From assembly GCA_964016885.1 (NCBI GenBank), contig OZ024744.1, forward strand, positions 7,626,001 to 7,690,000: DNA of 64,000 nt. The letters are read 5' to 3'. A program made the position numbers and the translations under genes. This DNA is from Eledone cirrhosa (taxonomy: Eukaryota). This document shows, piece by piece, positions 31,448 to 45,970 of this stretch. A model generated the notes under the pieces. The model had not been told where the DNA came from. It did no database searches and saw only the letters and a program-made list of their open reading frames with translations. How positions within the stretch are numbered: the stretch's first letter is position 1; each line of letters begins with the position of its first letter.

Positions 31448-34390
31448 TCAGGATTTGGGCACCATGGCCCATTCGAGAAGAGAATTACTGTTTGCGGAGA
31501 CATATCCGGGTGTGGGTGGTTTGTCCGGGATTACTTGGATGAATTTGTCGAAAGACTTCTTGAATTTTGTGTGGTCAGTTTCTGTTTTGACGTGTCCTGG
31601 TGTGATGTTGAAGAGAGCAGGGCCAATTGAGGTGAAATAATTGTGCCGTATTGTTGTTATGAGTTGCGATTTAGATTTTTGTTTGGGACGGATAGCACGG
31701 GGCCCAAGCCTTGGGTGTATTTTGAAGGTGATGCCAACATCATTTGGGCAGTGATGATGAAACATTTTCCACATCATGCAGATAATATAGCGCTCACGGC
31801 GACGTTGGAGTGAGTAAAGTTTCAGCTTTTCTAGTCGACCCCAGTAGTCAAGGTCTGACATGCCATCTATCTTTTTCGTGATTGCCCTTTGAGGAGCTTC
31901 AAGTTTCATGATACTTTGTTTCGTGTGGGGAGACCACAGTGGACAACAGTATTCAAGGTGTGGTCGGGCAAAAGTAGAGAAGATAAGGATAATGTTGTGG
32001 GAATCTCTCGACTGGAAGGTTCTGAGGATCCAGGAACACATTCTGCGGGCCATGTCAACTTTGCTGCTTATATGCGTGGCCCAGCTTATGTTGCTGTCCA
32101 CGGTTACTCCCAAGTCTCTGATGTTGTTAGATGCCACGAGAGTTTCACCGGGGGGAAGGGAGTACGGGAGTTTCAGAGCATCCTCTTTTCCAAAGTGGAT
32201 CAGTTCGAATTTGTCTTCGTTCAGTAACATGTTGTTCTTTTCCGCCCATTGGGTAACAGCCAGTAGGTCTGACTGAAGGCTTATCCGGTCATCCACGCCA
32301 TTGATGACCTTTTGGAGCTTGGAATCATCAGCGAAAATTTTAATGTTGCTGTGTTTGATGATGTCAGTGATGTCATTAATATAGATGATGAAGAGAAGTG
32401 GGCCCAACACAGTGCCTTGTGGGACCCACTACTGACTTTGGCTGGGCTGAATTTGACTCCTTAACTACAACATGTTGGGTTCTGTTTGACAGGAAGCTCT
32501 TGATCCACTGCAGCAGCTTTCCAGTGACACCAATATTGGACAGCTTTCTCAGTAGATTGTTGTGATCAACCCTGTCAAAGGCCTTGATGAAATCAAGGTA
32601 GATAACATCAGTGTTGGAACCCTCTCCCAAGGCTCTCACAATGTCATCAAAGTGATGCAGTAGCTGCGTCAGGCAATCCCTTCCATTACGGAATCCATGC
32701 TGGTTGAAGTTCAGCATATTGTTACTCTCAAGGAAGTGGGTCATTCGTGATCTCACCACTCTCTCAAATACCTTAATGATATGAGAGGTGAGTGAGATTG
32801 GTCGGTAATTCACGGCAAGGGATTTGTTTCCTTTTTTGAAAACTGGGACAACAGACTGGGATAGAAGGTTTTCTGGCACATATCCAGCATCCAGTGAGTT
32901 CCGCCACAGATTGGCAAGAGGAGATGCAATTTGGTGTTGACACGCCTTCAAGACACAAGCAGGGAACCTATCATGACCTACTGCTGAATTATGCTTGATT
33001 TTCTTTATTGCCGCTAAGACATCAGGGGCGCCAAACGTTATGTCCGATAAGGTGTAATGGGGAGTAACATCGCCGATACAGCCCAGATCGGCCATATCAG
33101 GATTGCTGAAAACAGAGCAGTATTGTTTCTGCAGTATCTCACCCATGGTTTTAGCATTGTCTTGAAGAGTGCCATTTTCATCAATTAGAGGGCCAACAGT
33201 AGAGCCAGTGATTTTGTGTTTTTTTGCAAGTGAAAAGAACACTTTGGGATTGAGTTTGATCTTCTCAATGGCCCAGGCCTCTTCAGCTCTTCTCTGATTG
33301 TTGATGATAGACATCATATTGTTTTGGAGGTTATGTTTTTTAATCTCTAGTGATGAAATGGCAGTCAAGTTGATGTGTTGCTGCTGACAGTATTTCAGCT
33401 TGTTGATTTTTTTGTTCGTTCTCTTAATTTTCCTGATGAGCGTTTTTCTATTTCTAGGGATTCTGCTCTTAGATTTGTTTATAGTTCTTAATGGGGTGTG
33501 TTTTGCACATATGTTTGTAACAGTGTCCACAAATGTCTGCCAGGACTTTTTGATGTTAGTGGGTGTATGAGTGTGCGTGAAGGACCAGTCGACATGTGCA
33601 AGATCATGACTGATCGCTTCCCAGTTTGCATTGTGGAAATCCATAGCGTCAAACGGATGGACAGGAGAGATGACATTGGGTTTGTATATTGGACGGTGGA
33701 ATCTCAGATCACAGAGAACCATGTCATGATCAGAGAGTAGAGTTTTCTCCACTGCAATATTGTGGATATTGTCAGTGTGATTGCTGAAAATTAAGTCTAG
33801 GATGTTTTTGTGGCACCTCGTTGGTTCGAGCACCAGTTGGGACAGGAAGAAATCATCCATGAAGTCAAGAAGCGATTCCACTGCTTCCCTGTCAGAGGTT
33901 GAGGCAGAAGAACCTGGTGGCAGGCTGTTTGTGGACCAGTCAACTCCGGGGAGGTTGAAGTCCCCCATCATTAAGATGTTGTCAGGGTGACACTCTTGGA
34001 TGAAACACTTTATGCTGTTGAGGCATTCCTTAAAGCATGGTACAGGCGTTTGGGGTGGCCTATAGAGCCCAACTACTATTAGGTTGTTGGTTTGACTGAA
34101 TACAGTGACTGCTTCGCAGTATCCATTAGTGAATATGTTCATAGCCTCTGTTGAGAAAGAATTACGGACATAAATGGCAGTCCCACCCTTCTTCTGCCAG
34201 CGCGATCAGCACAGATGGCTTTGAAATGTTTCACTTTCACCTCGGCTTCCAAGTGGAGGTTACTGAGATGGGTTTCAGTGAGGACGAAGAAAGGGATGTG
34301 GTTTGGATGGATATCAACCCAGTCCTCCAGGAATTTGATCTTCCATTTGTGAGTATTGGTGGAAGGGCTGATGCCTTGGGCGTTAAGCAA
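31448..34390 (-). pseudogene. LINE ORF2: AP endonuclease plus RT, frameshifted
   Basis: LNAQG, LTETHL, LYRPP, MGDFNLP, LDLIF, LSDH, NYRPISLTS, YLDF.KAFD, FADD, LQRRRERY across three frames. Confidence 0.9.
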
Positions 34391-34448
34391 AAATGTTGAG
34401 GCGAGAGTGGATGGTTTTAATTGTTTTGGTGTGTTGTTAATTTGTTTG

Positions 34449-35329
34449 TTAATGGCAGCAATAGGAGTTTGTGCAGTGGGGTGATAGTGGAGGGTGGTGC
34501 TGGGTGATAGCTCGAATGTTTTTTTCCAGTTCTTTTGCCAGATTCATTATGGCTAAAAAAGAGGAAGAAGTTTCCTGTTTAGGAGACTGTTGGTGACTGT
34601 GGTAGTGGTTATTTTTATGTAGGTTATGGTTTTTGTTTTTGCTTTTATTTTTTATTTTATTTTCATTTGTCCGACGGGTCCCCGGGAGATGGGTAAAGGG
34701 ACAATCCCGGTCTAAACACAATCTGTCTCGCAGGGAAAAGCGGCAGATTTATGGATTCCTTGTTTGAGTTATTGGTGGTTGTGTTGGTGTTAAATTAGAG
34801 TATGTATTATGGTGGTGGCTGTTTGTGGGGATAGACCGTTTTGTCCTAGGTAAATGGGTGAATTTGCAGCCACTATCCGTACATATTCTATAGCGTAGAG
34901 AGTAGCGGCAAATGATGGGGTTTCGAGTGGGTGTGTATGTGTGTGTGTGTGTTGTGAGAGGTGTAGATGATGGTTTGAGTAGGATTTGACGACCTTTGTG
35001 GGCTGTGGGAGGGAGAGTTCTTGTATTGGTATTAGAAGGTAAATTCCTTGAGATAGCAGTAGGCAAAGATGTTGTAGTAGTAGTAGTAGTAGTAGGCAGA
35101 GAAGATGTTGGCAGTGGTGATGATTGGACTACTGGGCCAGAGAAAGGAATTGGCGTTTCCTGCTGTGAGACAGAGGCTACTGGGAGGTCAATAGTTTCAT
35201 TTAGTAGATCTGCCATTGTTGATGAATCAAGGAGTGGTTCACACTGTTGTTGTTGTTGTCGTTTTTGTTGTTGCTGTTGTTGTTGTTGTTGTTGTTGCTG
35301 TTGTTGTTGTAGCTGTTGTTGTTTTTGCC

Positions 35330-35360
<31 letters not shown>

Positions 35361-35618
35361 GACAGCATCCGAAGAAAAAACACACCGTAGTTTTTCCACA
35401 TGTTTATTGATTAATTTAAAAGCAACTTCGATTTGCTTTAATTTATTTTGAATCTGTTGTTCAGATCGGGTTTTCAAAAGGTGAACTGTACGTTTAGCAA
35501 TGTCGTTCAGACATGAAGCATCTATGTCTTCTGTTTGGGTAAGGCAATGCCATGTGTTTATTAGAATGTCGATTTCATTATCAGACCAGTTCTGTTTGGA
35601 TTTTTGCTGGTTAGCCAT
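34449..35618 (-). pseudogene. LINE ORF1: Myb/SANT-like N-terminus, poly-Q, two CCCH-like fingers; one in-frame stop
   Basis: NWSDNEIDILI...RSEQQIQNKLKQI; CRYSLRYRICTDSGCKFTH and CRFSLRDRLCLDRDCPFTH. TAA at 34749-34751 is in frame with 34449-34721. Confidence 0.75.
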
Positions 35619-35706
35619 TCTAGTTTTGAATGTGTTTTAGTTAAGTATTTCAATATATATATTTTTTTCTTGTGTGTGAGTGAGAAGAATATATATATAA
35701 ATATGA

Positions 35707-35774
<68 letters not shown>

Positions 35775-36012
35775 TGGTTATTTGAAATTAATTAAATTAA
35801 TGAAAAGACGAAAGTATATAATAATTTGTAGTTAAAGGAAAATGTACTCACAAGTTGGTAAACACCTGGTTTCAAATATATAATAATATAGATGTATGTA
35901 AATGTAATTGACCGGTCAATTTGGTTTGTTTGGTTTTGTTTTGTGGTTGTGTGACTTGCTGCTTACTCGGGAAGAGAAGTGAAAACACGTCTTTATACTT
36001 CAACTGCTCTTT

Positions 36013-36346
36013 CCGTTTCGACCTCGTCCCCCTCCCCCTCCTCAGTATCTTCTTTGACCTCACACCCAGCTGTAGCTGGCACAACCAACGCATGAATGGG
36101 TCTACTCCACCCTCTCTCCCTTTTTCTCCTACCGGCAGGTTTAGCTACCCCTTCCCCACCAACTTGCCATCACAGATTTACTACTAACTTGTGATGTGAC
36201 AAATCCTGGTGATTATCTTTTTGACCATATATGGAATTACCCCTTGATAAGTTCGGCTATTTAAATACCAGAATAAATTTTCATTCAGTACAGAATTAGC
36301 CGTCGAAACGGCTTGAGCTCAGCCGTCGGGGTCTTAATTGTTCCTA

Positions 36347-36350
<4 letters not shown>
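36013..36350 (+). mobile_element. Solo pLTR of family D PLE
   Basis: Reverse complement of 37325-37662; matches 40525-40851. Confidence 0.85.
36239..36332 (+). ncRNA. Type I HHR, U3-A8 core, long stem II loop (family D)
   Basis: ACCCC-TTGATAA-GttCGGCTA...TAGCCGtC-GAAA-CGGCT tgagctc AGCCG-TC-GGGGT. GUC triplet. Confidence 0.82.
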
Positions 36351-36409
<59 letters not shown>

Positions 36410-36621
36410 CGTTTCTGAATTTGTTTAGCAAGATTCTTTATCTGAAATCGTGTGTTTAAACCGATATTGTTATACTTTGGGACGGTCATGTTGCCAATAA
36501 GAAACACACGTACCAGTTGCTTTTACTTCAATTTATTATATATTTATAAATTTACTAATTTACAAATCTATAAATTTCTGGTTGGTTGGTTGGTTCCACA
36601 ACCAGATAGTTGTTTATATAT

Positions 36622-36666
36622 AGTCATAGTCCTTTCGTCACACACTCTGTGACCTCTTCAGTGACT
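36622..36666 (-). ncRNA. Minimal HHR (family C)
   Basis: As 22120-22164. Confidence 0.85.
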
Positions 36667-36838
36667 GGGGATTCCTTTCTTTGTTTCTGTGCCTCTTTTT
36701 TCTCTGTCCTACGCCATTTTGTTTATGTGTGTGTGTTGTGTGCTCAGTTTGCGCAAACTGAGCACACAACACACACACAGAAACAAAATACCGTAGGACA
36801 GAGAAAGGAGAGGCACAGAAACAAAGAAAGGAATCCCC

Positions 36839-36883
36839 AGTCACTGAAGAGGTCACAGAGTGTGTGACGAAAGGACTATGACT
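36839..36883 (+). ncRNA. Minimal HHR (family C)
   Basis: As 23080-23124. Confidence 0.85.
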
Positions 36884-37033
36884 ATATATAAACAACTATC
36901 TGGTTGTGGAACCAACCAACCAACCAGAAATTTATAGATTTGTAAATTAGTAAATTTATAAATATATAATAAATTGAAGTGAAAGCAACTGGTACGTGTG
37001 TTTCTTATTGGCAACATGACCCTCCCAAAGTAT

Positions 37034-37224
<191 letters not shown>

Positions 37225-37252
37225 CATATATATATATATATATTTATATATA

Positions 37253-37328
<76 letters not shown>

Positions 37329-37342
37329 TAGGAACAATTAAG

Positions 37343-37436
37343 ACCCCGACGGCTGAGCTCAAGCCGTTTCGACGGCTAATTCTGTACTGAATGAAAATTT
37401 ATTCTGGTATTTAAATAGCCGAACTTATCAAGGGGT
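37343..37436 (-). ncRNA. Type I HHR U3-A8 (family D, sense to ORF)
   Basis: Reverse complement of 36239-36332. Confidence 0.82.
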
Positions 37437-38218
37437 AATTCCATATATGGTCAAAAAGATAATCACCAGGATTGGTCACATCACAAGTTAGTAGTAAATC
37501 TGTGATGGCAAGTTGGGGGGGACGGGGGTAGCTAAACCTGCCGGTAGGAAAAAAAGGGAGAGGGGGTGGAGTAGACCCATTCATGCGTTGGTAGTGCCAG
37601 CTACAGCTGGGTGTGAGGTCAAAGAAGATACTGAGGAGGGGGAGGGGGACGAGGTCGAAACGGTAAGTAGAACAATGAAAGGTAAAACTATAAAAGGTAC
37701 TGAGAGAGAAAAAAAAAAAAAAAAAAAAGCAAAATCTGGTTACTAAGACTTAAGTCTCTCGCTATTGCTAGGCTAAAGAAATACATAAATAAATAAATAA
37801 ACAAATAAGTGAATAAAAGAATAGATAAATAAATAAAAAAAAAAAAAAAAAGAATATATATATATATATAATGTAGAATAAAAAAATAAATAATAATAAT
37901 AGAAATAAACTATGTGGGACGGAAATGAAGGGACCCTTATACGAGGTATAAGTGCGTGTATCGTACGGTGACGGGTCAACAAAGGGGGGGCCAGAATACT
38001 AAAGAGACTACCACGAAAATAATAAAGGTTTCTACCCCAATCACAGGGCCGGCAACCACCCAGTGCAAGAAAGTAAACTAGTACGAGAATATAATTCAGG
38101 GTCCTGCAAAAAAATACTAGTGCTAACTCTAAGGGTACCGCCACGAAACAAAAAGTCTTATACAAGCTACATGAAAGATCGTACGAAGTAAAAGTAAAGA
38201 ACGGAAAGTTAATACAGG

Positions 38219-38249
<31 letters not shown>

Positions 38250-38716
38250 GGGAAAAAGAAGAAAGAAATACTGGAAAAACGAGAAATTAAAGCAAAGATG
38301 CCACTAAGAAATATAGAAGGCACGGAAAAAAGGGACAGCGGTCGGAGAAAGGGGCGAGTATCCGAAGTCTAACACCTCTGCTATAAAAAGCGGAGTCAGC
38401 CAAATCTATCATAGAATTGGGGAGGGGGTGGGGGTGCTGAAGCTACAAGGGACCGATGGGCTACCTCGGGTGGGCGAGAAAAAGACGACGACAAAGGAAA
38501 GGGAACAGGGGTAGAAGGACTAAGGAGGGATGGGGGAAGGAGGAAATATAGAGGAAGCGGTAAAAGAATGTAAAAGAAGATCTTACGTCTCCATTGGCAA
38601 GCAGGGGTTACCCTTTACAAAATAGGCAAGTTGGATGTTATAGCCCTAGTCTACCCCCCCCCCCCTCCCGGGTCATTGTGGGTTTGAGGGCGAGGTAAGT
38701 CCTACATAATCCGTGT

Positions 38717-40206
38717 TTACATGCAGTAAACCATTTCATCTTTCTTGTTTAAGAGTTGGTCCGTCGAAAACAGCATTTGTAATGTTTCCTCCGAGCATAA
38801 GTTGCACGGACGGCGTCCTCCCGTGTAAGAGTTGGCTCTGGACAGTAATTTCCAAGTGAGATCATAGTTAATGTTGTTGTCCTTGAGGTCCCATATTTTG
38901 CCGAAAGTGTTAGTGGCGTGACGCCGGGCCGGGTTTCGGAAGGTATGTCTGTGTTGGTATAGCCGGGTCTTGAAGTCGTATGCGGTTAATCCTATATAAA
39001 CTTTGTTGGAGGTATCCGTGCTCACGTTGCACTGGTAGATCACATTACGGTCTCTGCATCTGTTGTCGTGGGGGCAACTGGATCTATCAGGACAGTTGCA
39101 CCTCCTGGTCGGCTCTCCACTGCTATTTAGGTTGTTTCTTCCATCGGGTTGAGTTTTTTGTTGTTGGAGGAGACGATGTTTTGTGCGAAGTTAGGTGTAG
39201 TGCTGTAAGAGAGTTTGATGGTATTTTTGTTAATTATGTTGTGGTAGCGGTGTTGTGGTGGAAGTGTTTTTCAATGAGCCTAAAGAAAATGTTCCCGATG
39301 GGAGTTGTCACTCGGCGTTGTGGGGAGGATTGAACCATGTTACATTGCGTGAGCGGCGGTGTCGCCTGCTGGTTCCGCTAATGGGAGCTGGACAGTAGGA
39401 TATTTCCTCCCGGAAACCACTCCGCTTGAGGGCCTGGTTGTAGTAAGGCGCATGTTCATCGAATATCTTCTCATTAGCTGACAAACGGGATATACGGAGG
39501 GAGATGTTTTTTACCAGGTTGTTGGTGATGTTCCTAGGATGGTTAGATCGGCGGTGGATGTAGTGCAGGTTGTCATTGGGTTTCCTGTATGGGTAGTACA
39601 GGTCATTATTGAGATCGAGGGTAACGTCCAGGAAATTAACTCGGGTCAGGGACATTTGTAGGGTTATTTTAAATCCCCAGTCGCGGAAGAAGCTGATTAA
39701 TTGTTTACGGACCCGATCTGTACTACTGGGGTTGTACCCTGTAAGGGTAAGGAGCCCATCATCACGGTACAATCCACCACCGAAAGCAGAAAACATATCG
39801 GTGAGTTTGGCTATAAGGAATAATCCTATAAGGTCTGTGACCTCCGAATCCGTAGCGCCCATGCTGACGTCGAAGGGTGAGTCAGAGCTATTTTATCCAT
39901 TTGGAGTTGTCAAAGAGTAAGACTGTCTTCCTGGCGTGGAGGATGATTTTTCTTTCCTGGTCGGTGATGGGCACAAGTGCTTCGGCGAAGTCCAAGGCGG
40001 CAGTAAGTAGCGGTAAAGTGATTGAAGCATAGTAGCTCTCTATGTCGAACTGGATAAATTTAGTGTCTCGTTTATCCTCCTAATTGCTGAACCATGAGAT
40101 AACTTCCTGGGTGTTGATCCATAGGCTAAGTCGGGCGTGTTGCTTGACTTTTGGTATCACGCGGTCTAGGATTTTTTTGCTGATTCTCCCTATGTCGGAC
40201 TTCGTT
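38717..40206 (-). pseudogene. PLE RT plus GIY-YIG, with stops and frameshifts
   Basis: KSDIGRISKKILD, FIQFDI, MGATDS, LYRDD, VNFLD, WFNPP, IYQC...YIGLT..FKTR, CNLCSEE. Paralogous to the 7561 ORF. Confidence 0.9.
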
Positions 40207-40299
40207 GTAGAAACCTTTATTATTTTCGTGGTAGTCTCTTTAGTATTCTGGCCCACCTTTGTTGACCCGTCACCGTACGATACACGCACTTATACCTAC

Positions 40300-40340
<41 letters not shown>

Positions 40341-40744
40341 TTTTTTTTTTTTTTCTTTTAAATTTATTTATCTATTCTTTTATTCACTTATTTGTTTATT
40401 TATTTATTTTATGTATTTCTTTAGCCTAGCAATAGCGAGAGACTTAAGTCTAGTAACCAGATTTTTTTTTTTTTTTTTTTTTTCTCAGTACCTTTTATAG
40501 TTTTACCTTTCATTGTTCTACTTACCGTTTCGACCTCCTCCCCCTCCCCAGTATCTTCTTTGACCTCACACCCAGCTGTAGCTGGCACTACCAACGCATG
40601 AATGGTCTACTCCACCCCCTCTTCCCTTTTCTCCTACCGGCAGGTTTAGCTACCCCTTCCCCCACCAACTTGCCATCACAGATTTACTACTAACTTGTGA
40701 TGTGACCAATCCTGGTGATTATCTTTTTGACCATATATGGAATT

Positions 40745-40837
40745 ACCCCTTGATAAGTTCGGCTATTTAGATACCAGAATAAATTTTCATTCAGTACAGA
40801 ATTAGCCATCGAAACGGCTTTAGCTCAGCGTCGGGGT
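40745..40837 (+). ncRNA. Family D HHR, mutated copy
   Basis: As 36239-36332 with stem II/III changes. Confidence 0.65.
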
Positions 40838-40929
40838 CTTACTTGTTCCTATTACCCACTCTACTACCCTCAGTATTGAGTACTTTGGTGCGTTATGGTC
40901 CACCTGGTTCCTTACCACATTTCCTTCGT

Positions 40930-41777
<848 letters not shown>

Positions 41778-42601
41778 TAATATAGGTTAACACAAATCAA
41801 TATATTTGATAAACACAAATATCCTCATATTATGTTTGTATTGTAAATGACCAGGTTAGCTAGATAGAAATATACTAATAATAATATTACAGTTTGCCTA
41901 TCATGACTTATGATAATACATCATAAATCAACAAAAACAAATTGTACTGGCAATGGCCGTAGTGCTTGGACAAATTTAAATTTCAAAATCAAACCTGTTC
42001 CGTAGACAGGTTTAAACCCTAAAATCCAAATATGTTTCGAATAATGAAAAAGTGGAAGAAAATACCGCATTTTGATCTCCTCAGCAAGCACTATAAAAAT
42101 TGGTATGTTCCACTTCAAAAATATTTAGGAAGACTGTTTAGCGCACGAGATAACCTCATGCGGTTATCCAGTGTCTAGCTAGCCTCATACTCGTGCTGCT
42201 AGAAATAACAGCCGTTTGTATGGGGCTAAAATCAGCTCAACGAAGGAGCAGTCATTATTCGAAACATATTTGGATTTTAGGGCTTAAACCTGTCTACGGA
42301 ACAGGTTTGATTTTGAAATTTAAATTTGTCCAAGCACTACGGCCATTGCCAGTACAATTTGTTTTTGTTGATTTATGATGTATTATCTGAAGTCATGATA
42401 GGCAAACTGTAATATTATTATTAGTATATTTCTATCTAGCTAACTTGGTCATTTACAATACAAACATAAATATGAGGATATTTGTGTTTATCAAATATAT
42501 TGATTTGTGTTAACCTATATTACACGGCTCAGAAATACTCTTTCTTTCTTCGAGCTATTTCATTGTAAATGATCGCCTGAGATTTGAACTCATTATTATT
42601 G

Positions 42602-42603
<2 letters not shown>
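41778..42603. mobile_element. Asymmetric fold-back HHR element
   Basis: Arms 41778-42047/42252-42522, ~80-bp extra right tail. Confidence 0.82.
41960..42093 (-). ncRNA. Type I HHR, CUGAGGA core, very long stem III
   Basis: Reverse complement: TAGTGCTTG-CTGAGGA-GA...TC-GAAA-CATATTTGGATTTT...AAACCTGT loop ACAGGTTT...AAATTTAAATTTG-TC-CAAGCACTA. Confidence 0.75.
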
Positions 42604-42662
<59 letters not shown>

Positions 42663-42688
42663 TATATATATATATATGCAATATATAT

Positions 42689-42893
<205 letters not shown>

Positions 42894-42988
42894 GTATACT
42901 ATATATGTATATATACATATATGTATATATATATGTGTATTATAGTATATATTATATGTATATATATATATGTATATATATATATGTA

Positions 42989-43018
<30 letters not shown>

Positions 43019-43019
<1 letters not shown>

Positions 43020-43507
43020 ATTAAGTTAAAAATGTACATCCACATATGTATACTGATATACTAGTATGCATATGAATACACACACGTATACATATGTAGA
43101 TGTACCAAGTTTTTCACTGGTCACTTTACCGTGAGTGTCCAGCTATTCTGTATGTAAACACACAGACAAACCGGTTTTTAGAGTCATGCTGGTTTTTGAG
43201 GAAACACCTTTCCTCTATTTCTCCAGAAAGCCAGACAAGGAATATTGAACTAGTTTCGTTGTTGTTACAACTCATCAGCAATATTTACCTATCTACCGGC
43301 CTTTCTGGAATAGCTGGACACTCACGGTAAAGTGACCAGTGAAAAACTTGGTACATCTACATATGTATACTTGTGTGTATTCATATGCATACTAGTATTT
43401 CAGTATACATATGTGGATGTACATTTTTAACTTAATTGTTTAAGCGTCAGTCATACAAAGTGAGTTACAAACGAAACGAAATTTAATTTCGTTTCGTTAT
43501 TTGTTTT
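43019..43507. mobile_element. Asymmetric fold-back HHR element
   Basis: Arms 43019-43148/43308-43437, ~70-bp extra right tail. Confidence 0.82.
43241..43285 (-). ncRNA. Minimal type I HHR, canonical core
   Basis: Reverse complement: AATATTG-CTGATGA-GTTG taacaa CAAC-GAAA-CTAG-TT-CAATATT. Confidence 0.88.
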
Positions 43508-43585
43508 TATATATATATATATATATATATAATGTATATATGTATATATATGTATATATATATATATATGTATATTATATATATG

Positions 43586-43648
<63 letters not shown>

Positions 43649-43694
43649 GTATATATATATATGTATATGTATATATATAATATTTATATGTATA

Positions 43695-43855
<161 letters not shown>

Positions 43856-43866
43856 ATATATATGTG

Positions 43867-43898
<32 letters not shown>

Positions 43899-43899
43899 G

Positions 43900-43981
<82 letters not shown>

Positions 43982-44002
43982 TATGTATATATATATATAT
44001 AA

Positions 44003-44235
44003 ATATATGAATTATAAGAAGCAAAGAACTGTTCAAAACATGTTTATGCTTACAACTGTTTCCTCCAAACCGAGGTTTGGATTCTTCGGAGCAATTTATT
44101 AATGAATGAAAATAAGTAATAAGGTAGTAATATATTACTACCTACCACTATTTAGGGTTTGTATAAAAATATATATAACTGCAAAAGGTTTTTGTATTTA
44201 CATACCCATAAATAGTATAATTAATTAATACTATA
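44003..44235. mobile_element. Family A-related mini fold-back
   Basis: 44003-44104 is an inverted, diverged copy of 11443-11544; 44115-44235 matches 11596-11708. Confidence 0.82.
44047..44093 (-). ncRNA. Minimal HHR (family A variant, stem III ACAGTTGT)
   Basis: Reverse complement: TGCT-CCGAAGA-stem II-GAAA-CAGTTG-TA-AGCA. Confidence 0.8.
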
Positions 44236-44376
44236 TAAATATATGTGTATAATGCAATGAAATACCTATGAGCGTTGCTAAATCACTGATGAGGGACTCA
44301 TTTTATAACATGTTATCCATGTGCAACCATGCAGTATTATTCTCCCCATTTTTTCACATATATATATATATACATG

Positions 44377-44862
<486 letters not shown>

Positions 44863-45329
44863 TATATATATACACACACACACACACACATATATATATA
44901 TTTATATATATATATATATATTGTCTTCAAGAATTACATTAAGATTGAGTTTGAGTTTCAAAGAATGAAAACAAATGACAATGAGACAAATAAACAAAGA
45001 AATAAATTGATTAATTATAAAGTGAAGGAAGTCAGTAAGAAGTGGGAAACAATACAGACCTCTGAAATTGATGTCAACTAATTAATTTCTAGATAAAAAC
45101 AACAAAAAAATACAAATTCATGTCACGCAATCTTCTACTTCTTCAATAAAACAAATGGTTCAGACCTCCCGCTGCTGCAACGATGAGTCTTGTCATTGTG
45201 TCATTAAAGAACAGCCACTTCATGAATTTAACCTGCAAGGGGTAAAACATCCAACTGGCACGCGTGTCCTTAACGTCAGGGAGTTTCATTATGATATTTT
45301 GTGACTAATCTGTTCTTTTGAATTACAAA

Positions 45330-45452
45330 GTACAACTCAGTTTTTCTACTAAGTTGACAGGAGTAACTGAAGTATTTTGCTTAGGGGCACAATGCGCCGC
45401 CAATAACCGAACTCAGGAACTTTCAATCGTAATCCGAAGACTTTAACCATTG
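45330..45452 (-). mobile_element. Degenerate tRNA-derived SINE fragment
   Basis: TTGCTTAGGGGCACAATGCGCCGCC..CGAACTCAGGAAC..TTTAACCA resembles the reverse complement of a tRNA-SINE head/core (box B-like GAGTTCG on the minus strand). Recognised from recall only. Confidence 0.45.
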
Positions 45453-45563
45453 ATACATTAGATACTAAACTACCTGAAACCGGCTATGATTCTACAATAC
45501 AAAACTATATATTCTAACGTGTTCATATCTATTTCAAAAGAATCATAGCTGTGTTATTTAGCA

Positions 45564-45970
45564 AACACCAGCTTAATAATGAGAAAGTTCGTTATATTAT
45601 TAAATCAATCCAAATTCTTGATTATTTTCAAAATAATGTAAAAACTATTGGCATTCATTAGAAATATCGTAACAAAAACGTTAAAGCGTTTATATCAATT
45701 TTAAAATGTGCATGCATACTTTTATGATCGAACATTTGTAGGGTTATACTCTTAACACCAGATTAATAATAAGAAAGTTAGTTATATTAGTAAATCTTTC
45801 CAAATTCATGTTTATTTCAAATATTACTTGAAAGGGTTTGGAAAAACGTTCCAGTTTAATATTATGAAAGAAACTTTGTTAAGGCATGTTCTAAACAGCA
45901 GTTTAATAATGAGTAAATTAGTTATATTATTAAATCATTCCAAATTCTTCAGTATTCCCAAAATGATTTG
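45564..45970. repeat. Three diverged AT-rich repeats (~140-190-bp spacing)
   Basis: AACACCAG.TTAATAAT.AG.AA.TT.GTTATATTA.TAAATC..TCCAAATTC at ~45564, 45754 and 45894. Confidence 0.7.

Larger units (their letters stand above)
31362..36010 (-). mobile_element. Near full-length CR1-like LINE (ORF1 plus APE-RT ORF2), inactivated
   Basis: ORF1 35618-34449 and ORF2 pieces 34390-31448. 3' end joined to (TA)n. The 5' boundary (GAGCAGTT...AAGACGTGTTT) is tentative. Confidence 0.88.
37328..40929 (-). mobile_element. 5'-truncated family D PLE with inverted pLTR
   Basis: Inverted arms 37328-38035/40207-40852 plus ~78-bp right tail. Degenerate RT-EN ORF between them. Confidence 0.9.

Noticed and set aside
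44284-44300. CTGATGA motif
   Set aside because: No downstream GAAA, stem III or stem I partner; not an HHR.
45564-45970. CRISPR-like or regulatory array
   Set aside because: Three diverged AT-rich duplications in a eukaryotic context; no repeat-spacer regularity and no cas genes.
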